DNA of 64,000 bases, from positions 3,437 to 67,436 of the forward strand of contig DCWS01000016.1 in the NCBI GenBank assembly GCA_002328165.1, given 5' to 3'. Below, piece after piece: positions 35,251 through 45,331 of the stretch. Below the pieces are notes generated by a model. The model searched no databases and was not told the origin of the DNA. It worked only from the letters and a program-made list of their open reading frames with translations. Origin of the DNA: Desulfobacteraceae bacterium UBA2156. Its GTDB lineage: Bacteria > Desulfobacterota > Desulfobacteria > Desulfobacterales > UBA2156. Numbering within the stretch: position 1 is the stretch's first letter; every line of letters begins with the position of its first letter. The position numbers and the translations under genes are program-made.

Positions 35251-36290
35251 TATTTTTTCTTTCCAAATTCCTGCCAGGCGATGAGTATGGGACTTGCCAC
35301 ATATATTGAGGAGTAAGTTCCGACCAGAACGCCAACGATCATTGCAAATGCAAAGTCGTGGATAATTCCGCCGCCGAGGACAAATAGTGTCACGAGGACA
35401 ACCAGAGTGGTGACCGAAGTCAATATGGTCCGGCCCAGAGTTTCGTTTACACTCCTGTTGATAATGGTTTGAATGGAATGTTTATGGTATTTTCTCAGGT
35501 TTTCCCGAATTCTGTCAAAAACAATAATCGTGTCGTTTAAAGAATAGCCGATAATGGTGAGAAGCGCAGCGATAATCGGGAGGGTAAACTCTTTGTCAAA
35601 TATTGAAAAGATTCCTACGGTAATGATAACATCATGCATCAGAGCGACAATGGCGCCCATCGCATATTTGAGCTCAAGAACCCAAAAGAGCACCAGCGTA
35701 ACCACGAGGGCGGCCGCAATGAGGAAAGGGATGCTGACATTAAAAAAATTAAGAAAATAAACCGCTCCCATCAAACACCCTGCCATAACGCCGCTCAAGA
35801 TCCACTTCAGTTCAAAACGACCGGATATATATATGGTGATAAAAAGGAGGGCATAGAACATGGCGAAAAGGGCCTTTTCCCTCAAATCCTTGCCTACCTG
35901 GGGTCCCACCATCTCGACACGGCGGATCTCGGGCGGATTGTCTGTTGAAGATTTCAGGCCGGTTTTTATTTTATCGGAAAATCGGCCTGTAGTGGTGACT
36001 GATTTATCGGTGCGGATAAGATATTCATTCTCTTTTTTATCTCCGAATGTCTGAACCGATGCCTGTCCCATTCCAATAGAAAAAAGACCTGATTTAATGT
36101 CATCAATATTTGTTGGAGAGAGAAATTTTATCTGAATCAAGGTGCCGCCGGCAAAATCAACCCCGTATCGGGGTCCCCTATGAACGATCAGAGAGATAAT
36201 GCTGACCAGAACCATTGCAACTGAGATGAGAAAAGCCGTCTTCCTTTTCCCGATAAAATCGATGCCGATGTTGGATTTAATAAACCGCAT
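35250..36290 (-). CDS. secF: protein translocase subunit SecF
   Basis: 346 aa. IDFIGKRKTAFLIS, GVDFAGGT, YSLNDTIIVFDRIREN. TAATG overlap with dprA. Confidence 0.9.
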   Translation of the reverse strand: MRFIKSNIGIDFIGKRKTAFLISVAMVLVSIISLIVHRGPRYGVDFAGGTLIQIKFLSPTNIDDIKSGLFSIGMGQASVQTFGDKKENEYLIRTDKSVTTTGRFSDKIKTGLKSSTDNPPEIRRVEMVGPQVGKDLREKALFAMFYALLFITIYISGRFELKWILSGVMAGCLMGAVYFLNFFNVSIPFLIAAALVVTLVLFWVLELKYAMGAIVALMHDVIITVGIFSIFDKEFTLPIIAALLTIIGYSLNDTIIVFDRIRENLRKYHKHSIQTIINRSVNETLGRTILTSVTTLVVLVTLFVLGGGIIHDFAFAMIVGVLVGTYSSIYVASPILIAWQEFGKKK

Positions 36291-36303
36291 GGTGTTGCTC
36301 CGA

Positions 36304-37887
36304 CTATATGCTTAATCTTCTGATTTTCCGCTTGATCAAAAAGAAATCAAATATGGACCGTGTTAAAATGAGGGCTGTAAACAGGCTGGAAATTACACCG
36401 ATGCTCAGTGTAACGGCAAATCCCTTAACCGGACCGGTGCCGAACTGAAACAGAACAAGTGCGGCAATGAGGGTGGTGACGTTTGCATCCAGAATGGTAA
36501 GTGTCGCCCTGTCATAACCGGCATAAACCGCAGCTCGGGGTGTTTTTCCAAGATCCATCTCTTCCCGAATGCGTTCGAAAATAAGGACATTTGCATCCAC
36601 AGCCATACCGATGGTCAGTATGATACCCGCAATTCCCGGAAGGGTTAAAGTCGCCTGAAATCCGGCAAGACCTGCTGCGATCAGAACAATGTTTAAAATC
36701 AACGCAAGATCTGCAATGAGGCCCGAGCCCTTATAGTAGAAGATCATAAACAGGATTACAAGGAGACCCCCTATGCCCATGGAGATGACACCTTTCCTTA
36801 TGGAATCCGATCCGAGAGAAGGGCCGACAGTTCTTTCCTCGATTATTTCGACCGGGGCCGGGAGCGCCCCGGCACGCAAAACGATGGCCAGGTCACGTGC
36901 CTCTTCTGTGTCGAAATTTCCGGTGATGCGTGCTTGACCTCCTGAAATTTTTTCCTGTATCACAGGTGCAGAATAGACGCTTTTGTCGAGGACGATCGCC
37001 AGACGTTTTTTGACATTTTCTTCAGTTATTCTGGAAAAGATTCTGGCGCCTTTTTTATCAAATTTGATGGAGACGTAAGGTTCGTTGTACTGTGAGTCTA
37101 TCTCTACTCTTGCTTCAGTGAGATATGCACCTGTCAAAAGGGCCCTCTTTTTAACCAGATAGGGTGTTTTGATCACCCGCCGGGTTTCCGGATCTTCTTT
37201 CACCTGATAGAGCACCTCGCTCCCGGGAGGCGTCTTACCTTCCAATGCTGCATTAAGGTCATGGGTTTCATCCAGTAGTTTGAATTCCAGCAGGGCTGTT
37301 TTTCCGATGAGTTCTTTTGCCCTTTCCGTGTCCTTAATACCGGGAAGCTGGATCAGGATACGGCTTTCACCCTGGCGTCGAATATCGGGTTCACTGACCC
37401 CAAACTGGTCGATCCGGTTTCGAATGGTTTCGAGCGCCTGTTCCGCCGCTAATTTTTTGATATGTTCGGTCTCCTTATCAGGCAGGTCCAGGACGATGGT
37501 GTAGACCCCGTCATCGGTCGATTTTGAAAGGAGCCGAAGATCCTTATATTCCAGATTGAGTATCGTCTCAAATTTATCGATGCTGTTTTGGTCATTTATC
37601 GTAATCCGTATTTTGGCACTCTCTACCTGTTCCATCCCCACCTGACGGATACGTTCCTTCCTTAAGACCCGCCTAAATTCATAGATAATTTGTTCAATGG
37701 TGCTTTCTACGGCTTTTTCAGCGTCGACCTCCAGAACAAGGTGCATTCCGCCTTGCAAATCGAGCCCAAGATTAATTTTTTTATACGGCCACCAATTGGA
37801 GTTTATGATGGGAAGCACATAGATCACCGCGACTATTATTACCGCGAGAGCCATGAGGGATCTCCATGAAAGATTTTTCAATAACAT
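36304..37887 (-). CDS. secD: protein translocase subunit SecD
   Basis: MLLKNLSWRSLMALAVIIVAVIYVLP resembles the SecD N-terminus, so ATG 37887 is preferred over the TTG at 37935. GLDLQGGMHLVLEV, VDANVLIFERIREE. Confidence 0.88.
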   Translation of the reverse strand: MLLKNLSWRSLMALAVIIVAVIYVLPIINSNWWPYKKINLGLDLQGGMHLVLEVDAEKAVESTIEQIIYEFRRVLRKERIRQVGMEQVESAKIRITINDQNSIDKFETILNLEYKDLRLLSKSTDDGVYTIVLDLPDKETEHIKKLAAEQALETIRNRIDQFGVSEPDIRRQGESRILIQLPGIKDTERAKELIGKTALLEFKLLDETHDLNAALEGKTPPGSEVLYQVKEDPETRRVIKTPYLVKKRALLTGAYLTEARVEIDSQYNEPYVSIKFDKKGARIFSRITEENVKKRLAIVLDKSVYSAPVIQEKISGGQARITGNFDTEEARDLAIVLRAGALPAPVEIIEERTVGPSLGSDSIRKGVISMGIGGLLVILFMIFYYKGSGLIADLALILNIVLIAAGLAGFQATLTLPGIAGIILTIGMAVDANVLIFERIREEMDLGKTPRAAVYAGYDRATLTILDANVTTLIAALVLFQFGTGPVKGFAVTLSIGVISSLFTALILTRSIFDFFLIKRKIRRLSI

Positions 37888-38061
37888 GCCCTCCCAATGA
37901 ATCGAAACAACATGAAATAAAGCGAAGATTTTCAACTGCTTGTAAAAGCCGAATAAGGATTCCGAACACTTCTGAAAAAAGCCCCATCAAACATGGTCGA
38001 TCCTCATCCAACCATTCTTCCATCTGCAACATTTTGTGGGGCTTTTTAGCGTTATTCTGGA

Positions 38062-38418
38062 CTATCCCGTTTTTCCAGTATCGCTTTTTTGTGTCTGTGC
38101 CTGGGATGTGGGCTGAGCCAACGTGGAAATATTCCCTCGATTAACCTTTACCCGAACCTTATCTGCGATTTCAACCGTCAGGGTCGTTTCACCCATACCG
38201 GTGATGCGGCCGTGGATACCGCCCCCTGTGATGATCCGATCGCCCTTTCTGAGATTCTTAATCATTTCCCGGTGATCTTTCGATTTTTTCTGCTGTGGCC
38301 GGATGAGCAGAAAATAGAAAATAACAAACATGAGGATGAGGGGAATAAATGCTGAAAATCCACCCCCACCCTGTCCGGCTCCTCCACCTTGACCCAGTGC
38401 ATATGCTAAATCAATCAA
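38062..38418 (-). CDS. yajC: preprotein translocase subunit YajC
   Basis: TTG start with a GGAGG SD 7 nt upstream. FIPLILMFVIFYFLLIRPQQKK...GDRIITGGGIHGRI. Confidence 0.85.
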   Translation of the reverse strand: MIDLAYALGQGGGAGQGGGGFSAFIPLILMFVIFYFLLIRPQQKKSKDHREMIKNLRKGDRIITGGGIHGRITGMGETTLTVEIADKVRVKVNRGNISTLAQPTSQAQTQKSDTGKTG

Positions 38419-38602
38419 AATAAAACCTCCTTGGATGTCCTTGCAAAAGAATCGATTTTACAAAGGCTCCCTTTTAAATAGCGTTATCTGTTCTCAATTC
38501 CCTAGTGTAACGCCTATGTTTTTTTGTTCTCGAATTGCCGAATCAAATTAGCTCACGCTTGAGGGGACAGATTCGAGAACAATTGCTGTGCTCTGTCCCT
38601 GT

Positions 38603-39892
38603 TTATCCGAATACACGATCAAAAATGGCGCTGATATACTTCAAATGATAGTTAACGTCAAATATTTCTTCAATTTTTTTTCTGCTCACATGCTCGAGGA
38701 TCTTTTCGTCATTGATAATCAATGTCTTGAAATCCTGTTTCTCTTTCCATACCCGCATTGCGTGGGTTTGGACTGTTTCGTATGCATCTTCTCGGCTTAT
38801 GCCGGCTGCCGCCAAGGCCAACAGAACCTGTTGTGAAAAGACGAGTCCCTTGAGCAGCCCCAAATTTTTTTCCATTGTTTTGGGGTATACCACAAGGTTT
38901 TTGATGATACCGCTGATTCGATTTAACATATAATCCATCAGTATGGTACTATCCGGAGCAATAATCCGCTCAACGGAGGAATGACTGATATCCCGTTCAT
39001 GCCACAGGGGAATGTTTTCCAAAGCCGCCATGGCATTGGATCTGATTATCCGCGCAAGTCCCGAAAGGTTTTCGGAGCCAATTGGGTTTCGTTTATGGGG
39101 CATGGCGGAGGAGCCTTTTTGACCTTTTGAGAAAAATTCTTCCGCTTCAAGGACTTCTGTTCTTTGAAGGTGTCTGATCTCTATGGCCATTTTTTCAATC
39201 GAAGATCCCATGATTGCAAGAGCGGTAAAATATTCGCCATATCTGTCCCGCTGAATGATTTGTGTTGAAGCCGGCGCGGGCTTAAGGTTCAGTTTTCGAC
39301 ACACATACGCCTCGACCTCCGGGGGGGTATTGGCAAATGTTCCGACCGCACCTGAAAGCTTTCCAAAGCTGATTGTTTCAACGGCGCGTTCGAATCGCCC
39401 TTGATTTCGTCGCATTTCATCGTACCAGACGGCCAACTTGAGACCGAAGGTTATCGGTTCTGCATGTATCCCGTGGGATCGACCGACCATTACGGTATCT
39501 TTGTGCTCAAACGCCCTTTTTCGGATTATGCCAAGCAGACGCTCGCAGTCTTTCAGTATGAGGGACCCTGCTTGTTTCATTAAAAATGCCATGCTGGTGT
39601 CGAGAACATCGGAGGATGTAAGGCCCATGTGAATGTATCTGGCGTCCGGCCCCACACGTTCGGCTACAGCGGTCAAAAATGCGATAACATCATGCTTGGT
39701 TTCGGCTTCGATTTCTTTGATCCGTTTAACGGAAAAGCTTGCCCTTTTAATATTTTGAAGTGCCTCTTTAGGGACTTTCCCCATCTCTGCCATCGCTTCA
39801 CAGGCTAATAATTCAACTTTTAGCCATGTCATATACCGGTTTTCATCGGTCCAGATATCACCCATGGCTTTTCTGGTATATCGTTTAATCAT
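38603..39892 (-). CDS. purB: adenylosuccinate lyase
   Basis: 429 aa. RYTRKAMGDIW, GLTSSDVLDT, and the fumarate-lyase signature GSSAMPHKRNP. Confidence 0.92.
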   Translation of the reverse strand: MIKRYTRKAMGDIWTDENRYMTWLKVELLACEAMAEMGKVPKEALQNIKRASFSVKRIKEIEAETKHDVIAFLTAVAERVGPDARYIHMGLTSSDVLDTSMAFLMKQAGSLILKDCERLLGIIRKRAFEHKDTVMVGRSHGIHAEPITFGLKLAVWYDEMRRNQGRFERAVETISFGKLSGAVGTFANTPPEVEAYVCRKLNLKPAPASTQIIQRDRYGEYFTALAIMGSSIEKMAIEIRHLQRTEVLEAEEFFSKGQKGSSAMPHKRNPIGSENLSGLARIIRSNAMAALENIPLWHERDISHSSVERIIAPDSTILMDYMLNRISGIIKNLVVYPKTMEKNLGLLKGLVFSQQVLLALAAAGISREDAYETVQTHAMRVWKEKQDFKTLIINDEKILEHVSRKKIEEIFDVNYHLKYISAIFDRVFG

Positions 39893-39978
39893 GATGTCTA
39901 TTTCCGCTTGCGAATTTAGATGTTAACAACATAAACCCGGACGAGCCGGAATCTATTTATTATTGGCGATCGACAATA

Positions 39979-40821
39979 TTACTGTTTCCCAGGGATCCAG
40001 ATCGTCTCCCCATCATATTGAATCTGACTGATATGGTCGTAATCGATCTGGTTCAAGAGCGAAAAAACCTCTCCCATGTTAAAAATAACAATTTTACTCA
40101 GTGGATATAGCAGATCTAAATCAACGTCCAGTTTTCGTTCTTTGATGTTATATATGTAGACCATGTGTTCGGAAAATTTAAGGATTTTCCCCACGCCCGA
40201 GCTCACACCCTTTTTATCGGGTTCATCGGATTGTGCTTCAAGAAGGACACCTTTGTGCTGAAAAAAATTCTTCAGGAATGAAAAGTGGATGTTCCAAATA
40301 TTGTCATTTTCACGAACCACATAAATGCCGTACCCTTCCAATTTTTCTTCACGCATGATCTGCTCTTTTGGCTCGTGATGGCTGATTGTGGGTAGCGGTT
40401 TTAACATCAGATCTTCTATGATGAGATCTCCCTTTTTTAGCCGTATCTTGTCTAAAATTTCTTTCATAGGTACGGTAATCGTACCGACTTTAATTGATTC
40501 ATTCGATTTGATAATAATATCAACCCCCTTATCAATCCCAAATCTTTCCTTGCGCTTTTTCATCAACGCTCTCATTTCCCTGTCCTTTTCTATTTTGTTG
40601 TAATCAATAGGGGGCGTGGGGACAATGATAGGTTCCGTAGTACGCTCAGAGCCCGGTTCGATTTCGACGGGTTTAGATGCTTTTTCTATCTTTCCCTTTA
40701 TGACCGATACTTCTTTTTCATCTTCACGAAGAACGATAACGAAAAGAACAGATAGCGCCGCTACAAGAGCGACCAGAATTCCAATTGTTTTTTTATAGGG
40801 TTTACTTTTTTTGACGGGCAT
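39979..40821 (-). CDS. membrane-anchored hypothetical protein (possible LysM-like C-terminal region)
   Basis: ATG 40821 has an AGGAGG SD 5 nt upstream and is preferred over 40872. Single N-terminal TM segment (IGILVALVAALSVLFVIVL). YVVRENDNIWNI is weakly LysM-like. Confidence 0.5.
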   Translation of the reverse strand: MPVKKSKPYKKTIGILVALVAALSVLFVIVLREDEKEVSVIKGKIEKASKPVEIEPGSERTTEPIIVPTPPIDYNKIEKDREMRALMKKRKERFGIDKGVDIIIKSNESIKVGTITVPMKEILDKIRLKKGDLIIEDLMLKPLPTISHHEPKEQIMREEKLEGYGIYVVRENDNIWNIHFSFLKNFFQHKGVLLEAQSDEPDKKGVSSGVGKILKFSEHMVYIYNIKERKLDVDLDLLYPLSKIVIFNMGEVFSLLNQIDYDHISQIQYDGETIWIPGKQ

Positions 40822-40846
40822 ACTTTCCTCCTGCCATCTTGAAAAT

Positions 40847-40878
40847 CTGTGGACACACCTGTCTGTGGACACACCTGA
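40847..40878. repeat. tandem 16-nt direct repeat in the rng-downstream intergenic region
   Basis: CTGTGGACACACCTGT followed directly by CTGTGGACACACCTGA, 26 nt upstream (minus strand) of ATG 40821. Confidence 0.8.
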
Positions 40879-40903
40879 TAGATCAGTTAAAAAATTGCGT
40901 CAA

Positions 40904-42376
40904 TCAGCACCCTGTCCCCTCACTAGTGATCCTACTTTCATTCAGGAGCATGCTGTCGTCTCCTTCGATCGTGATGCTGCAATGATGCTTGGCCTCAATA
41001 TCATAAATTTCCTTCCGCTTTTTATTTAAAAGATAGTCTGCCACATTTACAGGCACGGCCCCCTTTAAATTGGCATCTTGGTTTTTCAGGATTTCAAGAT
41101 GGAGTTTCCGTAAAAAACGAAGTCCGAGGGTTTCAGTCGATGGGATCATTCCTTTACCTTGGCAACGTTTACAGGGTTCAAAACTGCTAAACTCGATCGA
41201 TGGCCTGATCCGTTGTCTGGACATTTCCATAAGTCCGAATTTTGAAATTTTGCCGGTTGTTGTTCTGGCTTTATCATTCTTGATATGGGTTCTCAATGTT
41301 CTCTCAACGGCTGATTTGTTTCGCGGATCTCGAAGGTCAATAAAATCGATGACAATCAGACCACCCAGATCTCTTAATCGGAGCTGACGGGCAACCTCCT
41401 CCGCCGCCTCAAGGTTTGTGATCAACGCGGTTTGTTCGACTGATTTTTTATGGGTGGTACGACCTGAATTAACATCGATGGCAACCAGCGCCTCGGTCTG
41501 CTCGATGACGATTGAACCCCCCGATTTCAAATCAACCCGGCTTTCAAAAATGGATGAAAGTTGATTTTCCAACTCGTATTTTGCAAATATCGGTTTCGGA
41601 TCCTTGTAATACTTGACGATTTTGGTGTGTTTGGCCGATATGATCTTGATAAAGTCTTTGACCTCATTGTATACCGCCTCATTATCAACAAGGATTTCTG
41701 TCACATCGGATGTTAAATAGTCGCGGATGGACCTTAAAACCAAGGTCCTTTCTTTGTAAAGAATTGCAGGCGCTTTCGCCTTGATTCCCTTTTTTTTGAT
41801 GTTTTTCCACAGCCGAAGAAGATATTTTATATCCCTGGACAGCAGAGTCTTGCTACAGTCATTTCCGACTGTACGAACAATTATGCCGAATCCTTCTGGG
41901 ACGTTGAGCTTGTCTATAAGCATTTTCAGACGGTTTCGCTCCTCTTCGGCTTCTATTTTCCTCGAAATCCCGCGGTTGTTGCTGCCCGGCATAAGCACAA
42001 GGTATCTTCCAGGAAGCGATACATATGTCGTCAGCATCGCTCCCTTTTGCTGGGACGGGTCTTTTGTGACCTGCACAAGTAGTTCTTGGCCCTTTTTGAC
42101 CAGATGCTCGATGGAACGTTCCCCTAATTGGGTGTCTTGAAAGTAGTCGCTATGAATTTCGTGTTTTTGTAAAAAACCGTTTCGTTCCATACCGTAATCA
42201 ACAAATGAGGCCTGAAGACTCGGGACTCTTCGGCAGATAACCCCTTTGTATATGTTACCTTGAATAATTTCACGCGAGGCATTTTCGATGTGAAACTCTT
42301 CCAGCTTGCCCTCCTTTACCTTTGCAATTCTGCATTCATCACGGTCAATGGCATTGATTAGGATTTTATTGCTCAT
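40904..42376 (-). CDS. rng: ribonuclease G (RNase E/G family)
   Basis: 490 aa. S1 domain GNIYKGVICRRVPSLQASFVDYG. Catalytic region VAIDVNSG, LRDLGGLIVIDFID. Confidence 0.85.
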   Translation of the reverse strand: MSNKILINAIDRDECRIAKVKEGKLEEFHIENASREIIQGNIYKGVICRRVPSLQASFVDYGMERNGFLQKHEIHSDYFQDTQLGERSIEHLVKKGQELLVQVTKDPSQQKGAMLTTYVSLPGRYLVLMPGSNNRGISRKIEAEEERNRLKMLIDKLNVPEGFGIIVRTVGNDCSKTLLSRDIKYLLRLWKNIKKKGIKAKAPAILYKERTLVLRSIRDYLTSDVTEILVDNEAVYNEVKDFIKIISAKHTKIVKYYKDPKPIFAKYELENQLSSIFESRVDLKSGGSIVIEQTEALVAIDVNSGRTTHKKSVEQTALITNLEAAEEVARQLRLRDLGGLIVIDFIDLRDPRNKSAVERTLRTHIKNDKARTTTGKISKFGLMEMSRQRIRPSIEFSSFEPCKRCQGKGMIPSTETLGLRFLRKLHLEILKNQDANLKGAVPVNVADYLLNKKRKEIYDIEAKHHCSITIEGDDSMLLNESRITSEGTGC

Positions 42377-42876
42377 AATATTATCCGTCCCTATCTTCCT
42401 TATCGATCGTCACCTGAGTACAAAAGCGTCGAAAAAATGGATATGTCTTTGATTGTATGTTATTAACGGCTTTGAAGTTCCTTTTCGAAGATCACGGCTT
42501 AACCATTCATTTAGATATGAAATCGTTAAACAAGTCAAACCATTTCTGATCCATCAAAATTAGCCCTTGACCCAAAAAGATGTTACCTTTGTTACGAATA
42601 ACATCAAGGATAAACCTTTGTCTAAAAGAAAAACTATATTCTGGATAAAATATTTCATCCGCCTTATCACAACAATGATTCAGACCCCGCAAGCCCTGAA
42701 CGGATCGCCCTTGACGGTAATTTTTTTGTTGACTTTATTGCTCTGTTTTTGTAGTTACATTGTAGTTAGAATGTGATTAAAAGATGACTTTTAATTCGTA
42801 TTTCGTATCTATCTCAGAGCGAATAATCGATGAAACTTCCGACGATCTATCTACTCGGAAAACAGGGAGAGCCTAA

Positions 42877-43323
42877 ATGAAATTAAAACAGATTTCCATC
42901 TCCATCGAAAATTCCCCCGGCCGTCTATACGAAGTGACACAGCTTCTGGGTGAGGCGGGAATCAACCTCCGAGCGCTGAATCTAGTTGAAACTGAAAACG
43001 AATTTGGTTTGCTCCGGCTCCTGGTATCGGATGTGGCGACCACCCGGCGAATTCTGATGGAGAAACATATGCCTGCCCAGGTCAATGAGGTAGTTGCCGC
43101 TGTAATTGAGGATAAGCCGGGAAGTCTCGCGAAGTTGTTGAAGTATCTTCGAGATGCGAAGATCAATGTAACTTACACCTATGCCTTTGTAGGTTTCTCA
43201 CCGGGAAAGGCGGTGATGATCTTTAGGTTCAGCGATAATGATAAAGCGATTGAGGTTCTGCAACGTGAGGGTGTTCACCTCCTGGATGCGGAATCTTTTG
43301 GCATGCTGGAGACAGAGGGCTGA
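42877..43323 (+). CDS. tandem ACT-domain protein
   Basis: 148 aa. ISISIENSPGRLYEVTQLLGEAGINL and VVAAVIEDKPGSLAKLLKYLRDAKINV are two ACT repeats. Confidence 0.75.
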   Translation: MKLKQISISIENSPGRLYEVTQLLGEAGINLRALNLVETENEFGLLRLLVSDVATTRRILMEKHMPAQVNEVVAAVIEDKPGSLAKLLKYLRDAKINVTYTYAFVGFSPGKAVMIFRFSDNDKAIEVLQREGVHLLDAESFGMLETEG

Positions 43324-43397
43324 TGGTTTCGCAAAACAAGTTTTTACGAGGTGACCGAAGCGGTGTAACACCTGCTGTTTAGAGGAGAGAGTTTCAA

Positions 43398-44345
43398 ATG
43401 AAAGATCAACAGGAATTTAACCCCCAATCCTTTGCCGTGGTGGGAGCCGGTCCGGTAGGATGTATTGTTGCGGCATTTCTTGCAAAGGGCGGGTATGATG
43501 TGACGCTATGCGATGTTGTGCCTGAATTGATCGAGCCCGCCCGAAATCGCGGGATCATTATCGAGGGTGCGGAACACCTTTCACAGGTGGTTTCGAGGAC
43601 CTGTACCAGTGTCGATGAGCTCGCAAATTATCATCCAGATGTGGTTTTTATTACGGTTAAGGCCAATGCGCTCTCTCTTATAGCCTCCGCCATCGAAGAT
43701 TTTTATAAAGATGGGATGTATGTGGTCAGCTGGCAAAACGGTATAGATACGGAAAAGGAGATTGCCAACACCCTGGGTTCTAGGCCGGTCATACGGGCTG
43801 TGGTTAATTATGGATGCAGCCTTTTGGAACCGGCTCAGGTTCATATGCCGTTCCACCATTTTCCCCACTTTATCCAAGAATGTGACCCGGAATCGAGACA
43901 TGCAGCGGGCCTCATCGCAGAAGCACTGACCAAAAGCGGATTGGTCTCACGCCATACAGATCAGATCGTTTCGATGGTATGGCGCAAAAGCATTATGAAT
44001 GCTGCAATGAACCCTGTATGTGCGGTGACCGGTCTGACCATGGCGCAGGCAATGAACGATCCCATCGTTTTTCAGGTCGTTGACGCACTGGTCAAAGAAT
44101 GTATTGAAGTGGCTCGGGGAAATGAGATCAGCCTTGGGTGGGACTATTATTCCGAAGCCGTGACTTATATGGGGGATGCAGGAGATCACAAACCGTCCAT
44201 GCTCGTGGATATTGAGAACAGACGCAGGACAGAAATCGATTATATCAATGGAAAATTTGTTGAATATGGTGACCGGGCAGGCATAAAAACACCGTATAAT
44301 ATATCGCTCCGATCTTTGGTAAAAGGATTGGAGTCAAGGTTATGA
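43398..44345 (+). CDS. 2-dehydropantoate 2-reductase family (PanE/ApbA) oxidoreductase
   Basis: 315 aa. FAVVGAGPVGCIVAAFLAKGG Rossmann motif. C-terminal KPSMLVDIENRRRTEIDYINGKFV. Confidence 0.8.
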   Translation: MKDQQEFNPQSFAVVGAGPVGCIVAAFLAKGGYDVTLCDVVPELIEPARNRGIIIEGAEHLSQVVSRTCTSVDELANYHPDVVFITVKANALSLIASAIEDFYKDGMYVVSWQNGIDTEKEIANTLGSRPVIRAVVNYGCSLLEPAQVHMPFHHFPHFIQECDPESRHAAGLIAEALTKSGLVSRHTDQIVSMVWRKSIMNAAMNPVCAVTGLTMAQAMNDPIVFQVVDALVKECIEVARGNEISLGWDYYSEAVTYMGDAGDHKPSMLVDIENRRRTEIDYINGKFVEYGDRAGIKTPYNISLRSLVKGLESRL

Positions 44346-45166
44346 CTCAAGTTTCGCACCCCCAATCCACCGAAGACTCACCTCGCCCCACCCCGAATAT
44401 TTTCGTTGGCATCGATGTTGGTGCATCAAGAACCAAAGTCGCCATTTTGGATTACGAAAAGAATTTGATCGGCCATGCAGTGAAGAAGCCGGGTACGGAT
44501 TTTTCAAATTCAGCCGAAGCGTGTCTTTCGGCCTCTTTGAAGATGGCGCATTCTTCCAAAAGAGATATTGTCAGCGCTGTCTCAACCGGATATGGAAGGA
44601 AGAACGTTTCTTTTACGAAAGAGACTAAAACCGAAATCGGTTGCCATGCAATGGGTTGTTACCTTAATTTTCCAATTGCCATCACCATCATTGATATCGG
44701 GGGTCAGGATAACAAGATTATCAAGCTCAATGAGGAAGGTCGCCGCATCAGTTTCAAGATGAATCGAAAATGCGCTGCTGGAACCGGTGCCTTTTTGGAA
44801 GAAATATCCGCCCGCTTGGATATACCTTTAGAGAAGATGGATAGGTTAGCCGGACAATCCGAAAATATGGTCAAGCTAGGCAGTTTTTGTACGGTTTTTT
44901 CAGCGACGGAAGTATTGGAAAACATTCGAAAAGGCAAAAAGATACCTGATATTGTCAAAGGCGTATTCTTTTCGGTAATTCGCCGGGTGCTAGAAATGGA
45001 TTCTCTAACGGAGAATGTGGTCATGACAGGAGGTGTGGTCGCCCATAACCGCAATCTGGTCAAGATGACAGAAGAGATCATCAAAAGAGAAGTCCTTGTT
45101 CCAAAACATCCACAGCTGACCGGTGCTATTGGGGCAGCCCTTTATGCCATGGAGGACAGCCTTTGA
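44342..45166 (+). CDS. BadF/BadG/BcrA/BcrD-type ATPase (HgdC-like activator of 2-hydroxyacyl-CoA dehydratase)
   Basis: 274 aa, ATGA overlap with the upstream gene. VGIDVGASRTKVAILD, DIGGQDNKII, KCAAGTGAFLE, VMTGGVVAHN. Confidence 0.8.
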   Translation: MTQVSHPQSTEDSPRPTPNIFVGIDVGASRTKVAILDYEKNLIGHAVKKPGTDFSNSAEACLSASLKMAHSSKRDIVSAVSTGYGRKNVSFTKETKTEIGCHAMGCYLNFPIAITIIDIGGQDNKIIKLNEEGRRISFKMNRKCAAGTGAFLEEISARLDIPLEKMDRLAGQSENMVKLGSFCTVFSATEVLENIRKGKKIPDIVKGVFFSVIRRVLEMDSLTENVVMTGGVVAHNRNLVKMTEEIIKREVLVPKHPQLTGAIGAALYAMEDSL

Positions 45167-45223
45167 TATCGGTTATTTTATCTGTTTATTTTGGATATAC
45201 ATCAGGACATGAATGGATGACTT

Positions 45224-45316
45224 TATTGAAGAACCCTGCAGCCCCGCGTGTCGGGATCTTCGCTGCGTTTCGACAAGCTGCGGGATATACGTCTGCTGTT
45301 TCGGGTCAACACTTAT
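45224..45316 (+). other. conserved leader element, copy B
   Basis: Same four identical blocks as 12819-12912. Lies in the activase-dehydratase intergenic gap. Confidence 0.6.
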
Positions 45317-45331
45317 TGGTGATTTAGTAAA

